Source: Rhizomicrobium sp. (GTDB taxonomy: Bacteria; Pseudomonadota; Alphaproteobacteria; Micropepsales; Micropepsaceae). From it: DNA of 64,000 nt. The notes beneath the pieces were generated by a model, which saw only the letters and a list, made by a program, of their open reading frames with translations, had not been told where the DNA came from and searched no databases. Within the stretch, counting starts at the first letter, position 1, and every line of letters begins with the position of its first letter. The stretch spans positions 29,584-93,583 of the forward strand of contig DATAWO010000119.1 in assembly GCA_036267165.1 (NCBI GenBank). Direction: 5' to 3'. This document shows, one piece after another, positions 1 through 12,674 of this stretch. Made by a program: the position numbers and the translations under genes.

Positions 1-432
1 CGGGTGAAAGACGCCATCCAGCAGGTACAGGACCTGCTGTCTTCGCTGGCTGAGGGCGTCAGCGCCGCCAGCCTGGTGACCATTCTGGCCGGCTTGCTGG
101 TGCTGGCGGGCGCCATTGCGGCGGGCGCCCGCGCCAGGCTTTACGACGCCACCATCCTGAAGGTGCTTGGCGCCACCCGCGCCCGCATCGCCCTGGTCTA
201 TGCCATCGAATATGGCGTCCTGGGCGCGGCCACGGGCGCCATAGCGCTGCTGGCCGGCACCCTGGCGGCCTGGATCATCGCCTTTTCCATCCTGGATGTG
301 CCGCTGACCTTTGACTTGAAAGCGGTGGTTGTGACGGTTGCGGGCGGCGGCGCGGCCACCCTGTTTTTCGGCCTTTTGGGGGCGCTTGGCGCGCTCCGCG
401 CCCGCCCGGCACGGCGGCTGCGGACGGCTTAA
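1..432 (+). CDS. ABC transporter permease (FtsX/YbbP-like), C-terminal fragment; runs off the left edge
   Basis: Frame open from base 1; motif R.YDATILKVLGATR..I..VYAIEYGVLG followed by TM helices, typical of FtsX-type permease C-termini. Confidence 0.8.
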   Translation, partial: RVKDAIQQVQDLLSSLAEGVSAASLVTILAGLLVLAGAIAAGARARLYDATILKVLGATRARIALVYAIEYGVLGAATGAIALLAGTLAAWIIAFSILDVPLTFDLKAVVVTVAGGGAATLFFGLLGALGALRARPARRLRTA

Positions 433-532
433 GCGTTGTTAATCCTTCACATAAAGGTTTTCGGGCGGTTTTCGGACGGCCTTGATACCACCGGCCCAAA
501 CCACGATATACTGGGGGTCAAAGGAGTAACCT

Positions 533-1285
533 ATGGCTGACTACGACAACCGACTTGTGCGTGGCGCGACGACCGTCGCCGACACGATGGATACCGGCCT
601 GCGCGCGCATATGCTGCGGGTCTATAATTACATGGTGGGCGCGCTGGCGCTGACCGGCGTGGTGGCCTATGTGGTCTCCAGTACGCCGGCGCTGCTGAAC
701 GTCCTCTACCATGAGGTGGTGACCGCCAATGGCGTGGCGCTGTCGCCGACCATTCCGGGCTGGATCGTGATGCTGGCGCCGCTGGCGCTGGTCTTCTTCC
801 TCTCCTTTCGAATCATGCAGATGAGCCAGGCGGCCGCGCAGGCGACCTTCTGGGCCTATGCCGCATTGGTCGGGGCTTCACTGGCTTCGATCCTGATCGT
901 CTATACCGGCGCCAGCGTGGCGATGACCTTCTTCGTCACCGCCGCCACTTTCGGCGTCATGAGCCTGTGGGGTTACACCACCAAGCGGGACCTGACCGGC
1001 TTCGGCCATTTCCTGTTCATGGGCCTGATCGGCATCCTGCTGGCCAGCCTCGCCAACTTCTTCTTCAGGTCGCCGGCCATCAATTTCGTGGTCAGCATCC
1101 TCGGCGTGTTGATTTTCACCGGCCTGACCGCCTGGGACACCCAGAAGATCAAGAACACCTACTATCAGGTGGGCGGCGACACCGCGGTGGCGGGCAAGGC
1201 GGCGATCATGGGCGCGCTGGCGCTCTATCTCGACTTCCTCAACATCTTCCTGTTCCTGCTGCGCTTCATGGGCAACCGGCGTTAG
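533..1285 (+). CDS. Bax inhibitor-1/YccA family membrane protein
   Basis: DTGLRAHMLRVYNYM start, about 7 TM helices, TAWDTQKIK and GALALYLDFLNIF C-terminal motif; AAGGAG RBS. Confidence 0.93.
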   Translation: MADYDNRLVRGATTVADTMDTGLRAHMLRVYNYMVGALALTGVVAYVVSSTPALLNVLYHEVVTANGVALSPTIPGWIVMLAPLALVFFLSFRIMQMSQAAAQATFWAYAALVGASLASILIVYTGASVAMTFFVTAATFGVMSLWGYTTKRDLTGFGHFLFMGLIGILLASLANFFFRSPAINFVVSILGVLIFTGLTAWDTQKIKNTYYQVGGDTAVAGKAAIMGALALYLDFLNIFLFLLRFMGNRR

Positions 1286-1302
1286 ACAACGCTGAATCGT
1301 AA

Positions 1303-1342
1303 AAAGAAAAGGCCCGGTGAAAATACCGGGCCTTTTTTCTTC
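1303..1342. terminator. Bidirectional intrinsic terminator
   Basis: A-rich tract, GGCCCGGT-gaaaat-ACCGGGCC hairpin, then T-tract; lies between convergent genes. Confidence 0.85.
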
Positions 1343-1440
1343 TCTCCATGGCCGGGCTTGACCCGGCCATCCAGGAACAGCTTTTGGTGGCCGCGCTTTC
1401 GCGCGGCGCTGGATGGGCGGCTCAGGGCCGCCCATGGAGA
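1343..1440. repeat. REP-like palindromic dimer (CATGGCCGGGCTTGACCCGGCCATC family)
   Basis: TCTCCATGG...CCATGGAGA ends enclosing two hairpins; related copies at 8233-8393 and 32273-32362, partial copy near 4066-4101. Confidence 0.8.
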
Positions 1441-1448
1441 AGAAGGTG

Positions 1449-1814
1449 CTATTCCCTCGTCAGCGCCTTCAACAGTTTCCTGTCGAAGATCTTCAGCACT
1501 TGCGCCAATTCATGGCCGCGTTTGAGAATCACGCCGCCAGCCGCGACCACGCTGTACTGTCCCTGCTTCGCACGCAGCTTCGGCCGCTTCTCGATTTGGA
1601 ACAGGGCCATCTCGGATGTGCGGCGAAAAATGGAAAAGACCGCAACCTCATCCAGGAAATCCAGCGCGTAATCCCGCCATTCTCCGGCCGAAACCATACG
1701 GCCATACAAAATGAGGATGCGGTTGAGTTCGTGGCGGTCGAAGGTGACCAGCATCGCTGGAGACATGTCACGCGCTGCAACAGCGCGGTGTAACGATATC
1801 GGTTCTTCCACCAT
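1449..1814 (-). CDS. DUF2794 family protein
   Basis: VTFDRHEL..IL.LYGRMV.AGEWRDYALDF...AVFSIFRR..E.....IEKRPKL...QGQY motif. Confidence 0.9.
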   Translation of the reverse strand: MVEEPISLHRAVAARDMSPAMLVTFDRHELNRILILYGRMVSAGEWRDYALDFLDEVAVFSIFRRTSEMALFQIEKRPKLRAKQGQYSVVAAGGVILKRGHELAQVLKIFDRKLLKALTRE

Positions 1815-2106
1815 TCATTGGAATGATGAGCCGGGAACTCGCGGCTCGCAAGCAGGGAACGCAATGATTCCTGTCGAAAATGTCACCGCTGCCCAGAAAT
1901 GGTCACGATTGAACCAAATGGTGGCCACCTTCACGGGCGAGTGTGTGGGGGTCGGTTGGTTGTGAGTTGGCTCGGATTAACAAGCCCCCCAGCCCCTTTC
2001 CGGGTCGGCGTTGCGCCAACCGACAGTTTCCTCCCAAAAAAGAATCAGTCGGTCAGCGCACCTCCCCTGCGCGCGCGCAAGCGCGCTTGTATGGGAATGG
2101 CCCCTG

Positions 2107-2189
2107 CTGCCGCTCGCCCAAGCTCGCGGCGTTCGTCGATCTCGCAGGTCCACTGGACCTGCTCGTCCGCTTTCGCGGACCGCTTCTCA
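2107..2189. repeat. Palindromic repeat, CAGGTCCACTGGACCTG family, copy 1
   Basis: GCCGCTCGC..AGCTCGCGGCGTTCG...CTCGCAGGTCCACTGGACCTGCTCGTCCGC..GCGGACCGC; similar copies at 7506-7598 and 8292-8356. Confidence 0.8.
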
Positions 2190-2585
2190 CTCACGCATAT
2201 TGGCGATGAAGGCGCGAAACCAGGCGGCATACTGGCCGAACAATCCTCCGATCGCGCCGATCAGCGCACAGATCATCACCCCATAGGGCAGGAATTTGTC
2301 GGGATGATCGCCCAGGAGATTCGCCACGCCCACCGCGGAAAGCCCGCAGGCCGCCCCGATCACCAGGCCGCCCAGTGAGCCCGCGATATAGCCGCGCGCC
2401 AGGTCGCGGGCATAGAGCAGCGCCGCGGTGCCTGCGATCATCATGCTGGCGAACAGCCCGAAATGGAGATCCAGAAAAGGGCGGAAATGCCCCGCCAGCA
2501 CAAAGCCCGCCTCGCACAGCACACCCACCGCCAGGGCGCGATCCAGGATCTTGGTGTCGATCAGGGTTTTGGCGATCTTTTTCAT
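2187..2585 (-). CDS. Hypothetical membrane protein (about 4 TM)
   Basis: 132-aa ORF with Gly-rich hydrophobic helices that fills the gap between neighbouring genes. Confidence 0.7.
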   Translation of the reverse strand: MKKIAKTLIDTKILDRALAVGVLCEAGFVLAGHFRPFLDLHFGLFASMMIAGTAALLYARDLARGYIAGSLGGLVIGAACGLSAVGVANLLGDHPDKFLPYGVMICALIGAIGGLFGQYAAWFRAFIANMRE

Positions 2586-2771
2586 GCTTAAAGCCTAACG
2601 TCCGGAACGGGGCGGTAAAGCGGGTTTTTGCCCACCCTTGCAGGTAAAAGCCGATTTCTCTGGAGCAACGCCCGATTTGGCAAATCGGCCTTGCTCCAGA
2701 AGCTTTGTTTGGCAAGCAATTGGCCGGAAAATCCTTCCGATTTTCCGGATTGCACTTTATGCAGTTCCCTC

Positions 2772-3869
2772 ATGGCGGGCGAAACCCTGACAGGCGATCA
2801 GTTCCTTCGCGACCTCTGGTACATGCCGGCGCTGGCCAAAAGCTTGGCGCCCGGCCAGATGCGTCGCGAAATGCTTCTGGGCGAGCCGGTTCTGGTGGGG
2901 CGCCTGCGGTCGGGCGAGGCCTTTGCGCTGCGCGACATCTGCCCCCATCGCGGCGTGCCGCTGTCGGCGGGGCGCATTCTCGCCAATGACAATGTGGAAT
3001 GTCCCTATCACGGCTGGCGCTTCAAGAAAGATGGCCGCTGCAGCAAGATTCCGTCCCTGGCCGGCCATGAAGACCTGGAGGAAGAAAATATCCGGGTGCG
3101 CAGCTATCCGGTCCGCGAGCAGGATGGGTTGATCTGGGTCTATATGGCGGCCAAACCCGGCGGGGAGCCCAGATCCGAACCGCCGTGGGTAGGCCGGAGC
3201 ATCGGCCAGGCGAGCGAAGCGAAGCCGTCCGGCCGTGCGACCATTGAAAAAGTCCATCCCATGCGCTGGACCGAAACCCAGGCCTTTGGCTGCGGCATCG
3301 ATCATGCCGTGATCGGGCTGATGGACCCGGCGCACGGTCCTTATGTCCATGCCCATTGGTGGTGGAAGAAGACGCCGCGGGTGAAAGAGAAGCATTATGC
3401 CCCGCTGCCCAACGGCTTTGTGATGACCAGGCACAAGCCGTCCAAGCCGGTCTACAGCCTCTTGGGAGAAGTCGAGACCGAGATCACCTTCGAGCTGCCT
3501 TCGACCCGATTCGAGATCATCACCGGCAAGCTGTTTGGCGCGGGCTTCAAGGTGGTGGGGCTGACGGTCTGCACCCCCCGGGACGCCGACAATACCGACG
3601 TGATCCAAGTGTTCTATTGGCCCTGGTGGCTGAACTTCATCTATCCCTTCTTCTGGGCCCTGGGTTCGACCTTCATTGGCGATGACCGCAAGATCGTGGA
3701 ATTGCAGCGCGAGGGACTGAAATTCAACCCCAAGCTGATGCTGATCCAGGACAGCGACCAGCCGGCGATCTGGTATCACCGCATCAAGAAAGCCTGGGCG
3801 GACGCCACCGAAAACGGCACGGAATTCGTCAATCCTGTGCAGGAACGCACCCTGCGCTGGAGAAGCTGA
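2772..3869 (+). CDS. Rieske non-heme iron oxygenase alpha subunit (VanA-like)
   Basis: Rieske CPHR...CPYHGW motifs; mononuclear-Fe DPAHGPYVH and downstream DD; ATG at 2772 chosen over the upstream ORF start. Confidence 0.9.
   Translation: MAGETLTGDQFLRDLWYMPALAKSLAPGQMRREMLLGEPVLVGRLRSGEAFALRDICPHRGVPLSAGRILANDNVECPYHGWRFKKDGRCSKIPSLAGHEDLEEENIRVRSYPVREQDGLIWVYMAAKPGGEPRSEPPWVGRSIGQASEAKPSGRATIEKVHPMRWTETQAFGCGIDHAVIGLMDPAHGPYVHAHWWWKKTPRVKEKHYAPLPNGFVMTRHKPSKPVYSLLGEVETEITFELPSTRFEIITGKLFGAGFKVVGLTVCTPRDADNTDVIQVFYWPWWLNFIYPFFWALGSTFIGDDRKIVELQREGLKFNPKLMLIQDSDQPAIWYHRIKKAWADATENGTEFVNPVQERTLRWRS
3193..3251. repeat. Palindromic element inserted in-frame in the Rieske gene
   Basis: GCCGGAGCATCGGCC...GGCCGTGCGACCATTGAAAAA; its ends match the intergenic copy at 3878-3939. 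Confidence 0.7.
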
Positions 3870-3877
3870 CCAGACCT

Positions 3878-3939
3878 GCCGGAGCATCGGCCGTGGAAAA
3901 GCGGAGCTTTTCCACAAAGGCCGTGCGACCATGTAAAAA
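3878..3939. repeat. Palindromic element, GAGCATCGGCC-hairpin-GGCCGTGCGACCA family (intergenic copy)
   Basis: GCCGGAGCATCGGCC-GTGGAAAAGC-gga-GCTTTTCCAC-aaa-GGCCGTGCGACCATGTAAAAA. Confidence 0.75.
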
Positions 3940-4113
3940 CTGGGGGTTGCGGCCCCGGTCCGACCCCGCTAAACGGTCCCCTTAACCTGCAATTCGGCCG
4001 GCCCAAGGTGCGCAATTCCCGCGCCTCCTTGCACTCGCACATGGTTGGCAGGGCTCGCGCTTCGGCCGGATCAAGTCCGGCCCCGCTGCCCGGCCATGAC
4101 AAGGTTTTACGGA

Positions 4114-7464
<3,351 letters not shown>

Positions 7465-7505
7465 TCGACGCAAAAATCAGATCGGCGCTGTGCAGGATTG
7501 CCCCC

Positions 7506-7598
7506 CGCCCGTCGCTTGCGCTCCGGGCTTTCGGCGCTCTCGCAGGTCCACTGGACTTGCTCGTCCGCCACCGCTGGCGCGGGGCGGACCGCGCCTCA
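7506..7598. repeat. Palindromic repeat, CAGGTCCACTGGACCTG family, copy 2
   Basis: CTCGCAGGTCCACTGGACTTGCTCGTCCGC...GCGGACCGC. Confidence 0.75.
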
Positions 7599-7694
7599 AC
7601 ACTTGAAGTCGCCCCCCTCCAGTCCTACTCTTTGTAACGCACCGCTGACCTTTTAAAGATATTTGTCAGCGAAATCAGTGCCTTAACAAACGAT

Positions 7695-7737
7695 GGTTCC
7701 GGCATCCGGGAAGCCCGGGAGCCGCGAGCCTTTTATT
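7695..7737 (+). terminator. Terminator-like hairpin in the greA leader (possible attenuator)
   Basis: GGTTC-CGGC-ATCCGGG-aag-CCCGGG-A-GCCG-C-GAGCC followed by TTTTATT, ending about 17 nt before the greA ATG. Confidence 0.55.
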
Positions 7738-7754
7738 GCCGGACGAAAGAGACA

Positions 7755-8228
7755 ATGGAAAAAATTCCGATGACCGCCTCGGGCTTCAAGGCCCTGGAGG
7801 ACGAGCTGAACCGCCTGAAGAACGAAGATCGCCATGAAATCATCAAGGCGATTGCGGAGGCGCGCGCCCATGGCGACCTGTCGGAGAATGCCGAATATCA
7901 TGCCGCCAAGGAGCGCCAGAGCTTCATCGAAGGCCGGGTGATGGAACTGGAAGACCAGATCGGCCGCGCCGATGTGATCGACATCTCCAAGCTCTCCGGC
8001 ACCAGCGTGAAGTTCGGCGCCACCGTCACCCTGGTGGACGAAGACACCGACGAAGAGCGCCGCTACCAGATCGTCGGCGATGTGGAGTCCGACGCGCGCG
8101 CGGGCCGCATCTCGCTCTCCAGCCCGATCGCCCGCGCCCTGATCGGCAAGAGCAAGGGCGACACGGTGGAAGTGGCGGCTCCCGGCGGCGCGCGGTCGTA
8201 TGAGATCGTGAAAGTGGAATTCAAATAG
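7755..8228 (+). CDS. greA: Transcription elongation factor GreA
   Basis: [26 protein letters not shown] and [14 protein letters not shown] motifs. Confidence 0.99.
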   Translation: MEKIPMTASGFKALEDELNRLKNEDRHEIIKAIAEARAHGDLSENAEYHAAKERQSFIEGRVMELEDQIGRADVIDISKLSGTSVKFGATVTLVDEDTDEERRYQIVGDVESDARAGRISLSSPIARALIGKSKGDTVEVAAPGGARSYEIVKVEFK

Positions 8229-8232
8229 CGCT

Positions 8233-8393
8233 CGTCATGGCCGCCCTCCGGCGCATAGCGACAGCGTGTGCGCGCCATTCATGTTGGAGGGCCTGCCGCT
8301 CGCTTTAGCTCGCGGCGTTCGACGCTTTCGCAGGTCCACAGGACCGGCTCACGCCTTTGGCGCCGCGGCTCACGGTCAAGCCCGGCCATGACA
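8233..8393. repeat. Composite REP-like element: GTCATGGCCG...CCCGGCCATGAC ends enclosing CAGGTCCAC-family copy 3 (8292-8356)
   Basis: Terminal inverted repeats GTCATGGCCG/CGGCCATGAC; internal GCCGCTCGC...GCTCGCGGCGTTCG...CGCAGGTCCACAGGACC. Confidence 0.75.
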
Positions 8394-8400
8394 AGTGGAG

Positions 8401-9399
8401 CTAAATAATCCCCGGAATAAACCGCTTGGTGCGGGCGCGATATTCGCCATATTCGGGATAGGCGCTTGCCAGCACCTGCTCCTCGTAATGGCTGCGGATC
8501 CACAGCAGCGCGACCACCACCAGTGCGACCGCCCAGGACCAGGGCGCCTGAAACTGCATCGCCGTGCCGAGGATGGTGATGATCTCCACCGTGTAGAGGG
8601 GATGGCGGACCCAGGCATAGGGGCCGCCCGTCACCAGTTTGCGCGCCTCGGGCATGATGGAGAAACTCTTGCCCAGCCGCGACAGCACCAGCAGCGAGCC
8701 CAGGCTCCCCACTCCGATCAGCACGGCCGCGAAAATCTGCATCGGCAGGCTGAGATGGGCCACCGGCAACTGCAATATGCCCACGCCCATGAAGGTGCCG
8801 ATCACGCCGAAGGCGCGGGGCAGAACCCCTTGCGACCTGGCGACCGGCCGGTCGCGCACCGCCAGCAGATAGACCAGCAGCAGGTCGAAGGCCGCCGCCG
8901 CCAGTAGGGCGAAAAACTGGACCCAGATGAACAGGCTGGCTGTGCCGCCGGCGATCAGGCTCCAGTCATGCGCCAGCACGGCGCGCAATTGCAGTGCGCC
9001 ATAGGCAAACCACAGGATCAGCGGCAACGCCGCGATGGCGTCGTAATATTTGGTTTCCTGCACCTTCAACAGGCGCGGATCGGGCTCGCCGGGCAAAAGG
9101 GCCCAGGCCATCAGCACGATCCAGCCCACACCGAGATTGGCCGCGGCCGCGGCAACCGCCACCGAAACCGGATTTTGCGGATCAACCGCCAGGATGCCGG
9201 GCCAGAGGAAATGCAGGACCACGCCCTGTACCGGCGACAGAAGCACATTCAGCACCAGAATGACGAAGAAGCGCCGGTGCCCGCGGGCAAAGGCCAGCAC
9301 CGAAGGCAGGAAATAGACGAACAGGAAAAGCGCCCATAGCAGCAGGGAAATGCTTTTCGCCTGCCCTGACAAAATCTGGGCCAAAAACTGCTGCAGCAT
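8401..9399 (-). CDS. Isoprenylcysteine carboxyl-/phospholipid methyltransferase family protein with an N-terminal superinfection-immunity (Imm)-like segment
   Basis: C-terminus LGKSFSIMPEARKLVTGGPYAWVRHPLY...EEQVL...YPEYGEY; N-terminus YFLPSVLAFARGH...LNVLL...GWIVLMAWAL; ATG at 9399 with a G-rich RBS. Confidence 0.8.
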   Translation of the reverse strand: MLQQFLAQILSGQAKSISLLLWALFLFVYFLPSVLAFARGHRRFFVILVLNVLLSPVQGVVLHFLWPGILAVDPQNPVSVAVAAAAANLGVGWIVLMAWALLPGEPDPRLLKVQETKYYDAIAALPLILWFAYGALQLRAVLAHDWSLIAGGTASLFIWVQFFALLAAAAFDLLLVYLLAVRDRPVARSQGVLPRAFGVIGTFMGVGILQLPVAHLSLPMQIFAAVLIGVGSLGSLLVLSRLGKSFSIMPEARKLVTGGPYAWVRHPLYTVEIITILGTAMQFQAPWSWAVALVVVALLWIRSHYEEQVLASAYPEYGEYRARTKRFIPGII

Positions 9400-9410
9400 A
9401 ATCCCCCCGT

Positions 9411-10211
9411 TCAAGCGTCCTGTTCCGGACGTCGCGCCAAGAGCGCCACCAGCTCAGCGACTTCGGCGAATGTTCCATCCGGCGACAATTCCCGCAAGGC
9501 CGCCGACAGTGCGGCGGCAAACGCCTCCGCACGGTCTCCAAGCTTCTCCCGCGAACAGGTGGACATGGAAAAAGCGCGGCCCACAAGCTCGTCTATGGTG
9601 AGTGTCTGGCGGATGGTGACCGAGAGCCCGTCCAATTGCGTGAACTGCGAAGCCAGCAGGAAAGGCTCATAGCGGCTGTGGCCGCCGCGGCGTTCCTTGA
9701 TTTGCGCCTCTTCACCGCGGCCGAACCTGTCCTGCACGTCGCGCATCACCTTGAACCAGCTGTTTTCCGGGACCGGCGGATGGGCGTCATGGAAAAGCGC
9801 CACGCCGCCGTTGGAGGTCACGATGCGCTCCAGCATCCGCAGGGTGGCGGCGCGGTCCATCCAGTGGAAGCTGCGCCCCATGGTGACCAGCCGAAACGGC
9901 CCCATGCCGGGCGTGAGGTCATAGGAACCGCCCTGGCGCAGGGTCACGGTCACGCCCGCCGCCCGGGCCATCTCCGCGCACACCGCCAGCATGTCGGGTT
10001 CCGGATCCATGGCGGTGACCGCCATGCCCAATCGGGCGAATCCCACGGCCAGCATGCCGGTGCCTGCGCCCAGGTCGAGGACGGGATCGCCGGGCATCAG
10101 CCCCGCCAAGGCCGCCACCCGGGCGATCAGCCGGTCCGGGTAAGCCAGCCGATAGCGCTGATAATAGGCTACCGTGCTTTGGAAGCAGCGGGGCTCATGG
10201 GCTGCGTTCAT
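9411..10211 (-). CDS. Class I SAM-dependent methyltransferase
   Basis: [18 protein letters not shown] (motif I), [16 protein letters not shown]. Confidence 0.92.
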   Translation of the reverse strand: MNAAHEPRCFQSTVAYYQRYRLAYPDRLIARVAALAGLMPGDPVLDLGAGTGMLAVGFARLGMAVTAMDPEPDMLAVCAEMARAAGVTVTLRQGGSYDLTPGMGPFRLVTMGRSFHWMDRAATLRMLERIVTSNGGVALFHDAHPPVPENSWFKVMRDVQDRFGRGEEAQIKERRGGHSRYEPFLLASQFTQLDGLSVTIRQTLTIDELVGRAFSMSTCSREKLGDRAEAFAAALSAALRELSPDGTFAEVAELVALLARRPEQDA

Positions 10212-10392
10212 AAAGGAACCTTTTGGACTTTGCTTTGTTCATCATGGGCTTATACTGCATTCCAGCATAATCAGGAGGCGCGGGGGATTTTGTGACCTGA
10301 GCAGGAGCGAGAAGCGCTGTGGGCGGATAGCCCATGAGCGACGCGCGACGAACTCAGAGCGCAGAAGGACCGCGCCGAGACAAACAGGTCAA

Positions 10393-11100
10393 ATGGCGAA
10401 TATTGCCCTGGTAGACGACGACAAGAACATCCTTGCCTCCGTCAGCATGCTGCTGGAGCAGGAGGGATATCATGTCCGCACCTTTTCCGATGGGGCCGCG
10501 GCGCTGACGGCGCTCACCACCACCGCGCCAGATCTTGCGGTGCTGGACATCAAGATGCCGCGCATGGACGGGCTGGAGTTGTTGCGCCGCCTGCGCCAGG
10601 CCAATCCCGAACTGCCGGTGATCTTCCTCACCAGCAAGGACGAAGAGATCGACGAGCTGATGGGCCTGAATGCGGGCGCCGACGATTACATCAGGAAGCC
10701 TTTCTCCCAGCGCCTGCTGCTGGAGCGGGTGCGCGCGGTGCTGCGCCGCGCCGAGGGTCGCGGCACGGTCCCAGCCGCCAACGGCGAAGCCGCCAAGAAG
10801 GAAGCCCTGGTGCGCGGCAAGCTGGCGCTGGACCCGCAGCGCCATGAATGCACCTGGGAGGGCAAGCCGGTGCGTCTCACCGTGACCGAATTCCTGATCC
10901 TGCAGGCGCTGGCCCAGCGTCCCGGTTTCGTCAAAAGCCGCGACAGCCTGATGGACGCGGCCTATGACGACCAGGTTTATGTGGATGACCGCACCATCGA
11001 CAGCCACATCAAGCGGCTGCGCAAGAAGTTCAAGGCGGTGGCCGACGACTTCGACGCCATCGAGACGCTTTATGGCGTGGGCTATCGCTACCGCGAGTAA
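10393..11100 (+). CDS. chvI: Response regulator ChvI (OmpR family)
   Basis: [49 protein letters not shown]; adjacent to chvG and hprK. Confidence 0.96.
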   Translation: MANIALVDDDKNILASVSMLLEQEGYHVRTFSDGAAALTALTTTAPDLAVLDIKMPRMDGLELLRRLRQANPELPVIFLTSKDEEIDELMGLNAGADDYIRKPFSQRLLLERVRAVLRRAEGRGTVPAANGEAAKKEALVRGKLALDPQRHECTWEGKPVRLTVTEFLILQALAQRPGFVKSRDSLMDAAYDDQVYVDDRTIDSHIKRLRKKFKAVADDFDAIETLYGVGYRYRE

Positions 11101-12674
11101 TGCCCCGCTTCTCCGCCCTCACCTGGCGCATCCTGGGCTTCAATGCGCTGGCGCTGATCGTGCTGACCGGCGGCGTGATCCTGGTGCAGGCCTCCGGCCG
11201 CGGCCTGGTCGAGGAGCGGATGAACTCCATCCGCGAACAGGCCAACATCGTGGCCGGCACCCTGTCGGAATACGCCACCGACCCCACGACCCACACTTTG
11301 AAGGTCACCGAGGCCGAGCCGCTGCTGCGCCAGCTGATTGCGCCCACCAGGCTGCGCGGCCGGCTTTATCTGCCGGGCGGCCAGCTCGCCATCGATACCC
11401 GTGACCTGCTCGCCCGCAATGTGGTGCAGATCAGCGAACTGCCACCGCTGGACACCGCCAGCCGGGTCAAGGAATGGCTGAGACGCGTCTATGACGGGGT
11501 GATGGGCGTGCGTCCCTTTGCCCAGCTCGAACCGTATTACGAGGCCGGCGACGACGGCCGGGTCTATGGCGAAGTCGATACCGCGCTGACCGGCGCGACC
11601 GGCACGGCCGAGCGCGTGGACGACCGCAACCGGCTGGTATTGTCGGTCGCGGTGCCGATCCAGCGCTTCCGCGCCATTTATGGCGTGATTTTCCTCTCCA
11701 CCGAGGGCGGCGACATCGACGACATCCTCAGAGCCGAGCGTTTCACCCTGTTCGAGGTTGTCCTGGTCGCCTTCCTGGTGATGCTGTTCACCTCGCTCTA
11801 TCTGGCCGGCACGATTGCCGAACCGGTGAGACGGCTGGCGGCGGCGGCCGACCTGGTGCGTTCCGGCGCGGGCGGGCGCAGCGACATCCCCAACTTTCCC
11901 GAACGCAGCGACGAGATCGGTGACCTGGCCGACAGCTTGCGTTCGATGACCGCCAATCTCTATGACCGCATCGACGCCATCGAAAGCTTCGCCGCCGATG
12001 TGGCGCATGAACTCAAGAATCCGCTCACCTCGCTGGCCAGCGCGATGGAAATGTTTTCCCGCGCCAAGGACGATGAGAGCCGGGCGCGGCTGCTTGCCAT
12101 CATGCGCGGCGACATCAAGCGCATCGACCGGCTGATCACCGATATTTCCGACGCCTCGCGCCTGGACGCAGAACTGTCGCGCGAGGCCAAGGAGCCCGTG
12201 GGGCTGTCGAAGCTGCTGGCGACCATCATCGAAATCTACCGGATGACGGACAATCCCCGCGGCGTGGAGTATGTGCTGCGCGACGATCTGCCGCCCGGCG
12301 CGATCGTGCGCGGCCGCGACGAAAGGCTGGGCCAGGTGTTCCGCAACCTGATCGACAACGCGGTGTCGTTCAGCCCCGAACACGGCAAGGTGGTCATCAC
12401 CGCGTCCAGCCATGGCATGGTGGCGCGGGTGACGGTGGAGGATGACGGCCCCGGCATTCCGCCGGACAATCTGGAATCCATCTTCGAGCGTTTTTACACC
12501 GAGCGGCCGGGCGAGAATTTCGGCCGCAATTCCGGGCTGGGCCTATCCATCGCCCGCCAGATCATCGAAGGCGCCGGCGGACGCATCTATGCGGAGAACC
12601 GCGCGCCGAGAAACCGGCAGGGCAAGGGTGCGCGCCTGGTGGTGGAACTGCCGCTGGCGGCGCCCCATGCCTGA
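11100..12674 (+). CDS. chvG: Sensor histidine kinase ChvG
   Basis: LTWRILGFN TM1, periplasmic sensor domain, HAMP, FAADVAHELKNPLTS H-box, FYTERP..FGRNSGLGLSI. Confidence 0.95.
   Translation: MPRFSALTWRILGFNALALIVLTGGVILVQASGRGLVEERMNSIREQANIVAGTLSEYATDPTTHTLKVTEAEPLLRQLIAPTRLRGRLYLPGGQLAIDTRDLLARNVVQISELPPLDTASRVKEWLRRVYDGVMGVRPFAQLEPYYEAGDDGRVYGEVDTALTGATGTAERVDDRNRLVLSVAVPIQRFRAIYGVIFLSTEGGDIDDILRAERFTLFEVVLVAFLVMLFTSLYLAGTIAEPVRRLAAAADLVRSGAGGRSDIPNFPERSDEIGDLADSLRSMTANLYDRIDAIESFAADVAHELKNPLTSLASAMEMFSRAKDDESRARLLAIMRGDIKRIDRLITDISDASRLDAELSREAKEPVGLSKLLATIIEIYRMTDNPRGVEYVLRDDLPPGAIVRGRDERLGQVFRNLIDNAVSFSPEHGKVVITASSHGMVARVTVEDDGPGIPPDNLESIFERFYTERPGENFGRNSGLGLSIARQIIEGAGGRIYAENRAPRNRQGKGARLVVELPLAAPHA

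Noticed and set aside
429-442. TTAA-N6-TTAA as a CtrA box upstream of the Bax inhibitor gene
   Set aside because: The spacing is 6 rather than 7, and the first TTAA includes a stop codon.
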